From Ignavibacteriales bacterium (GTDB taxonomy: Bacteria > Bacteroidota > Ignavibacteria > UBA10030 > UBA6906): 64,000 bases of DNA. The stretch covers positions 1 through 64,000 of the forward strand of contig JBBIRR010000013.1 of NCBI GenBank assembly GCA_037441705.1. The letters run 5' to 3'. This document shows positions 59,283 to 64,000 of this stretch, in pieces; within the stretch, counting starts at the first letter, position 1, and each line of letters opens with the position of its first letter. Below the pieces are notes generated by a model. It made no database searches. It was not told the origin of the DNA and worked only from the letters and a program-made list of their open reading frames with translations. The translations under genes were made by a program, and so were the position numbers.

Positions 59283-60433
59283 CAGTTGCCTCCTTGTTCG
59301 AGTGCAGTGCGAATGGATTCGTGGACAATCTCGCCGCTGCGCGTAATGCACGCGCCTTTCGTGATTTCGTCGTTGAAGTCGGGCGACCCGACGGTGCCTG
59401 ACTTGCCCACCGGATAGAGATGCTTGAAGAGGTTCAGAACATTCTTTGAGTACATCAGACTGGCATCAGTGGGGATGGAGGCTGGGAGGTTCACGGCGCC
59501 GATGATGTGCACGCCGTGCTTCACGACGGTCTTGCCGGGTTCGGTCAACTCGCAGTTGCCTCCCTGTTCGGCGGCCAGGTCAACAATCACCGAACCGGGG
59601 CGAAGCTTTTTCACCATCTCGGCCGTGATCAGAATCGGTGCTCGCTTGCCAAAGACTTGCGCCGTCGTAATGACGACGTGGATTTTTGGGAACCTGCCGC
59701 CAAGCGCCTCCTGCTGTCGTTTGAGGATTTCGGCCGATGCTTCCCTGGCATAGCCGCCTTTGGTTTCCAGATCCCCGATGCCTTCAATCTCGATGAACGT
59801 TGCGCCGAGGCTTTTCACCTGTTCCTTCACCGCGGCGCGTACATCGAACGCCTCCACTTTGGCACCAAGCCGCTTTGCCGTTGCGATCGCCTGCAAGCCC
59901 GCCACGCCCGCACCGAGAACCAGCACGGTTGCCGGAGGCACGGTGCCTGCGGCCGTCATCAGCAGCGGAAACATCTTGCCCAGCTTTTCCGCTGCCAGCA
60001 GCACGGCTTTGTAGCCGGCAACAGTTGCCATCGAGCTGAGCGCATCCATCGTCTGTGCTCGCGTAATGCGCGGAATGTACTCCATGGAGAAGGCGGTGAT
60101 CTTTCGCTTCGCAAGGATTGTTGTGACCTCGGGATGAGCCAGCGGCGCGAGGAAGCCGATGTAGGTTGACCCTTCGGCCATCATCTCTGCTTCCGCTTTC
60201 TGCGGAGGCTGCACTTTCAGCACCACCTCTGCCTGTGTGTAGAGGCGCTGTGCGTCGGGAACGATGCGCGCGCCGGCCTCGGCGTATTGGTCATCGTCAA
60301 ATGAAGCTCCCGCGCCGGCACCCGTTTCAACGAGCACAGTATGTTTGTCACGTGTGAGCTGCGAGACGAGCGAAGGAATGAGAGCAACGCGTGTTTCTCC
60401 GTTCAGAGTTTCTTTGGGAACTCCGATGTTCAT
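59282..60433 (-). CDS. pntAA: NAD(P) transhydrogenase subunit alpha, part 1
   Basis: GVPKE...ETRVA, RITRAQ.MD, GAGVAGLQA and GGNCE. Confidence 0.95.
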   Translation of the reverse strand: MNIGVPKETLNGETRVALIPSLVSQLTRDKHTVLVETGAGAGASFDDDQYAEAGARIVPDAQRLYTQAEVVLKVQPPQKAEAEMMAEGSTYIGFLAPLAHPEVTTILAKRKITAFSMEYIPRITRAQTMDALSSMATVAGYKAVLLAAEKLGKMFPLLMTAAGTVPPATVLVLGAGVAGLQAIATAKRLGAKVEAFDVRAAVKEQVKSLGATFIEIEGIGDLETKGGYAREASAEILKRQQEALGGRFPKIHVVITTAQVFGKRAPILITAEMVKKLRPGSVIVDLAAEQGGNCELTEPGKTVVKHGVHIIGAVNLPASIPTDASLMYSKNVLNLFKHLYPVGKSGTVGSPDFNDEITKGACITRSGEIVHESIRTALEQGGN

Positions 60434-60787
60434 CTATCAAAACCCTTTCGGTAAAGTTATGAGCGCGGCTGGGGAAAACGTGCTTTCATTCTACAAAAAT
60501 GCCGCATGAACTACAATCGTTGCATGCCGCGTGCCACCCGATCGTCTCCTTTGCGTTCCATTTTTGGGGCTGATTGAGCCGCAGCCGCCTGCGTTCTTTC
60601 AGGAGTGAGAAACCGCTTCTCAAGAATTAGACCGAAGCGGGGCGATCATGAGGGCGCACGGAAAGCGGATGTGGCAGGTGTTCTCGTATGTGAGTATCTT
60701 TCGTGTGACCGCGTGTTGCGGCTCATGCAATGCGCGGCTCTTCAGCTTTCGCAACAGATCGTGTTTGACAGGAGACCCGTACCCCCG

Positions 60788-62155
60788 ATGTCGCTGCAGT
60801 CAATGAACCCAACGACCAATGACCTGATTCAGGAATACGAAGAACATTCCGACCGGGAACTTCAACACACGCTCGAAGTCGCACACAACGCATTTGGTGT
60901 GTGGAAGAGAACGAGTTTCGCCGAGCGTGCCGTGCATCTCAAGGCCGCTGCAGCCATCCTCCGCAGGCGGAAAGACGAAGAGGCACGACTGATGGCGCTC
61001 GAAATGGGCAAGCCGATTGCTCAGGGAGTTGCCGAAGCCGAGAAGTGTGCGTGGGTGTGTGAGTACTATGCCGATCATGCGGAGACGTTTCTTGCCGACG
61101 AGCCCATTGCCACCGACGCGTCGAAGAGTTTTGTGACATTTCAACCGCTCGGTGTTCTGCTCGCCATTATGCCGTGGAACTTTCCGTTCTGGCAGGTCTT
61201 CCGCGCTGCGGCACCCGCACTGATGGCCGGCAATGCCGTTGTTCTGAAGCATGCCTCAAACGTTACCGGCTGCGCGCTCGAGATCGAACGGCTGCTGCGT
61301 GAGGCTGGCTTGCCGCCCGGACTGTTTGCCGCGCTGCGCCTGTCGTCGTCTCGCGTTCGCTCACTGATCGAACATCCACACGTGAACGCGGTGACTATCA
61401 CCGGCAGTACGGCAGCGGGGAAAGCGGTTGCTGCACAGGCCGGCGCGGCGCTCAAGAAAACCGTGCTGGAACTGGGCGGCAGCGACCCGTACATCGTGCT
61501 GGAAGATGCCAATCTCGACGAAGCAGTCGCGACATGCGTTGCCTCGCGTCTCATCAACAACGGCCAGAGCTGCATTGCGGCGAAACGCTTCATCATTGTC
61601 GAATCGCTCAAACAGAGATTCGAGGAGATGTTTGTCGAGCGCATGAACGCGCAGAAGCTCGGCGATCCGCTTGATCCTGCGGTCACCGTCGGCCCGCTCG
61701 CGCGGAACGACCTGCGCGACGAGCTGCATCAGCAGGTGAAGCGCAGCGTTGAGAAGGGCGCGCGGCTGCTGTGCGGCGGTGAAATCCCCGATCGTCGCGG
61801 CGCCTTCTATCCGCCCACCGTTCTGACGGAGGTAAAGAAAGGAATGCCGGCGTATGACCAGGAGTTGTTCGGGCCTGTTGCCGCCATCATCAGTGCAAGA
61901 GACGAGGCAGAAGCGATCCGCATCGCCAACGATTCGGTGTTCGGACTCGGCGCCGCCGTTTTTACCTCGGATGTGAAGAAAGGGGAACGCATCGCCGCAC
62001 AGGAGCTGGAGGCAGGCTCATGCTTTGTGAACGCCTTCGTCAGGTCCGACCCGCGGCTTCCGTTCGGCGGAATCAAAGAATCGGGCTACGGACGAGAGCT
62101 TGCCGCATTCGGCATTCGTGAGTTTGTCAATATCAAGACTGTGTGGGTGAAGTAA
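60788..62155 (+). CDS. NAD(P)-dependent succinate-semialdehyde dehydrogenase (Sad/GabD-like)
   Basis: MPWNFPFWQ, TGST, LELGGSD, NGQSCIAAKR, ELFGP and PFGGIKESG. SD AGGAG before ATG 60788. Confidence 0.9.
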   Translation: MSLQSMNPTTNDLIQEYEEHSDRELQHTLEVAHNAFGVWKRTSFAERAVHLKAAAAILRRRKDEEARLMALEMGKPIAQGVAEAEKCAWVCEYYADHAETFLADEPIATDASKSFVTFQPLGVLLAIMPWNFPFWQVFRAAAPALMAGNAVVLKHASNVTGCALEIERLLREAGLPPGLFAALRLSSSRVRSLIEHPHVNAVTITGSTAAGKAVAAQAGAALKKTVLELGGSDPYIVLEDANLDEAVATCVASRLINNGQSCIAAKRFIIVESLKQRFEEMFVERMNAQKLGDPLDPAVTVGPLARNDLRDELHQQVKRSVEKGARLLCGGEIPDRRGAFYPPTVLTEVKKGMPAYDQELFGPVAAIISARDEAEAIRIANDSVFGLGAAVFTSDVKKGERIAAQELEAGSCFVNAFVRSDPRLPFGGIKESGYGRELAAFGIREFVNIKTVWVK

Positions 62156-62251
62156 GGCTGTCCCTCCTGCTGCCTCTTCTTCCTTGAATCTCTCTCTCCA
62201 TTTGGGTAGAATGAAAGCGTTTCGCACTCCAGAACCGAAGCAGGGAGATTC

Positions 62252-63520
62252 ATGCTCGATATCAAATTCATTCGTGAACATCCGCAGACCGTCAAAGAAG
62301 GAGTTGTCAAGAAGGGAGAGGACCCGAAGAACGTTGATGAAGCGCTGCATCTGGATGAACGTCGGCGCAGCGTGTTGCAACGCGTGGAGCAGTTGAAGGC
62401 AACGAAGAACGCCGTCAGCGCAGAGGTTGCCAGGAAGAAAGCGAAGGGTGAGGATACCGCGGCCATCTTCGAGGAAATGCGACGCGTTTCCGATGAGATC
62501 AAAGCACTGGACGACGAGCTTGCCGGCATCGAAACCGACCTTCGCAACGTGCTTCTTGCCATTCCCAACATTCCCCATCCGTCTGTCCCGGTGGGCAAGA
62601 CTCCGGCGGAGAATGTCGTACACGCCACGTGGGGCTCGCCGCCCGTTATCGATTTTCAACCAAGGCCGCATTGGGAGCTGGTGGAAAAACTGGGCATCAT
62701 TGATTTTCCGCGCGGCGTGAAAATCACCGGCGCAGGCTTTCCGGTCTATGTCGGCAAGGGGGCGAAGCTGGAGCGAGCGCTGATCAATTTTTTTCTGGAC
62801 GAAGCGGAAGCCGCCGGCTACACCGAGCTGGCACCACCGCTTCTGGTGAATGCGGCCAGCGCGACCGGCACGGGCCAGCTTCCCGACAAAGAAGATCAGA
62901 TGTATGTGGTGACGAAGGATGATTTCTACCTGATTCCCACCGCAGAGGTTCCCGTGACGAATTTCTTTCGGGATGAAATCCTGACGGAGCAACACCTGCC
63001 TCTCAAGATGTGTGCGTACACTCCCTGCTTCCGGCGCGAAGCGGGTTCGTACGGCAAGGACGTTCGGGGATTGAATCGCGTGCATCAGTTCGATAAAGTG
63101 GAACTCGTCAAACTGGTGCACCCGTCGACATCGTATGACGAACTGGAAAGCCTGCGTGCAGATGCCGAACGCCTGTTGCAGAAATTGAATCTCCCGTATC
63201 GGACGCTCCTGATGTGCACGGGCGACCTCGGGTTTACGCAGAGCAAGAAGTACGATCTGGAAGTGTGGGCACAGGGTCAGCAGAAGTGGCTGGAAGTTTC
63301 TTCATGCAGCAACTTCGAAGCCTACCAGGCGCGCCGCATGAACATTCGTTTCAAACCTGCTGGAGGCGGCAAGTCGGAGATCGTCCATACACTGAACGGC
63401 TCGGGGCTCGCGCTCCCGCGCATCGTTGCGGCGATCATCGAGAACTATCAAACCCCCGAAGGGAAGGTGATCGTGCCGCGCGTCTTGCACAAGTACACAG
63501 GATTTGAGATTATTGGGTAG
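62252..63520 (+). CDS. serS: Serine--tRNA ligase
   Basis: MLDIKFIRE, PTAEVP, FRREAG, HQFDKVE, EVSSCSN and TLNGSGLA. Confidence 0.97.
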   Translation: MLDIKFIREHPQTVKEGVVKKGEDPKNVDEALHLDERRRSVLQRVEQLKATKNAVSAEVARKKAKGEDTAAIFEEMRRVSDEIKALDDELAGIETDLRNVLLAIPNIPHPSVPVGKTPAENVVHATWGSPPVIDFQPRPHWELVEKLGIIDFPRGVKITGAGFPVYVGKGAKLERALINFFLDEAEAAGYTELAPPLLVNAASATGTGQLPDKEDQMYVVTKDDFYLIPTAEVPVTNFFRDEILTEQHLPLKMCAYTPCFRREAGSYGKDVRGLNRVHQFDKVELVKLVHPSTSYDELESLRADAERLLQKLNLPYRTLLMCTGDLGFTQSKKYDLEVWAQGQQKWLEVSSCSNFEAYQARRMNIRFKPAGGGKSEIVHTLNGSGLALPRIVAAIIENYQTPEGKVIVPRVLHKYTGFEIIG

Positions 63521-63542
63521 ATATGGATGAGGGTGTGAGCCG

Positions 63543-64000
63543 TTGAAGCCGCTCCTACGATTACGACCATACCTGGCCCGTTACCGGCGAACCCTCGCCT
63601 GGGGCCTTCTGACCGTGGTCTGCAGCAATCTCTTTACCGTTGCCCAACCTCAGTTTGTCGGTCGTGCGGTGGACGCACTCAAGGAAGGACTCGAAGCGCA
63701 TTCGCTCGAAGGCTCAACGCTGGTGTTCTGGGCGCTGGCCATCGTCCTGTTCTCGCTCATTGCGGGGACGTTCACTTTTCTGACGCGGCAGACGATCATC
63801 GTCGTGTCGCGGCACATCGAGTACGATCTGCGGAACGACTTCCTCGCGCACATCCAGAAACTCCCGCTCTCCTATTTCCAGAATACGCCGACCGGTGATC
63901 TGATGGCGCACGCAACCAACGATATCAGCGCCGTGCGCAACTGTCTCGGCCCGGGCATCATGTATCCTGCCGATACGCTGATGACCTTCACGATGTCGTT
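63543..64000 (+). CDS. ABC transporter permease/ATP-binding protein (MdlA-like), truncated by the window end
   Basis: Not in the ORF track. TTG 63543 opens MKPLLRLRPYLARYRRTLAWG...SRHIEYDLRNDFLAHIQKLPLSYFQNTPTGDLMAHATNDISAVR. Confidence 0.88.
   Translation, partial: MKPLLRLRPYLARYRRTLAWGLLTVVCSNLFTVAQPQFVGRAVDALKEGLEAHSLEGSTLVFWALAIVLFSLIAGTFTFLTRQTIIVVSRHIEYDLRNDFLAHIQKLPLSYFQNTPTGDLMAHATNDISAVRNCLGPGIMYPADTLMTFTMS

Noticed and set aside
57538-60433. Split pntA (two alpha genes) as a possible broken gene
   Set aside because: The three-gene transhydrogenase arrangement is a well-known normal form, and both parts are intact and coupled.
60605-60787. Upstream extensions in the ORF track for SSADH, and likewise for HU, DivIVA, PNP, SIMPL, adk and rfaE1
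   Set aside because: Downstream ATGs match the family N-termini, and several have clear SD sites; the extensions look non-coding or overlap neighbouring genes.

Overview
Bacterial chromosomal window, GC-rich in its core genes. The gene orders purN-purH-mreBCD-mrdA-rodA and ileS-dksA-lspA-rluD, the ADP-heptose genes and frequent Shine-Dalgarno sites suggest an Ignavibacteria/Chlorobi-like member of the Bacteroidota-Chlorobi group (inference). Most of 8-64 kb is housekeeping: fused 2-oxoglutarate dehydrogenase Kgd, DinG, HU, YggS, DivIVA, PNP, IleRS, RlmN, Adk, the mre/PBP2 operon, PpiD, AroK, RfaE, TamB, RNase R, transhydrogenase, SSADH and SerRS. There are three accessory segments. (1) 1-8 kb is a visibly less GC-rich island. 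It holds a tightly coupled operon: unknown protein, coiled-coil protein with a membrane hairpin, multi-zinc-ribbon protein, unknown helical protein, Ycf46-like AAA+ ATPase and small membrane protein. These are followed by a zinc-ribbon/TM/MltB lytic transglycosylase, a frameshifted micro-gene, an 8-Cys zinc-finger micro-gene and structured non-coding DNA. This island is the best candidate for an undescribed system, and three of its proteins end in a similar R-x(1-2)-I-[LI] tail. (2) A HEPN-MNT toxin-antitoxin pair at about 12 kb. (3) A tandemly duplicated outer-membrane barrel plus lipoprotein module at 24-27 kb. Other oddities are an RNase R whose N-terminal domain appears to start at ATC, a GIHH-motif IleRS, a LonC-type protease coupled to rodA, and a peptidase/propeller/Omp85 fusion. 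I saw no rRNA, tRNA, CRISPR array or transposase. All family calls come from motif recognition by eye; no searches were run.
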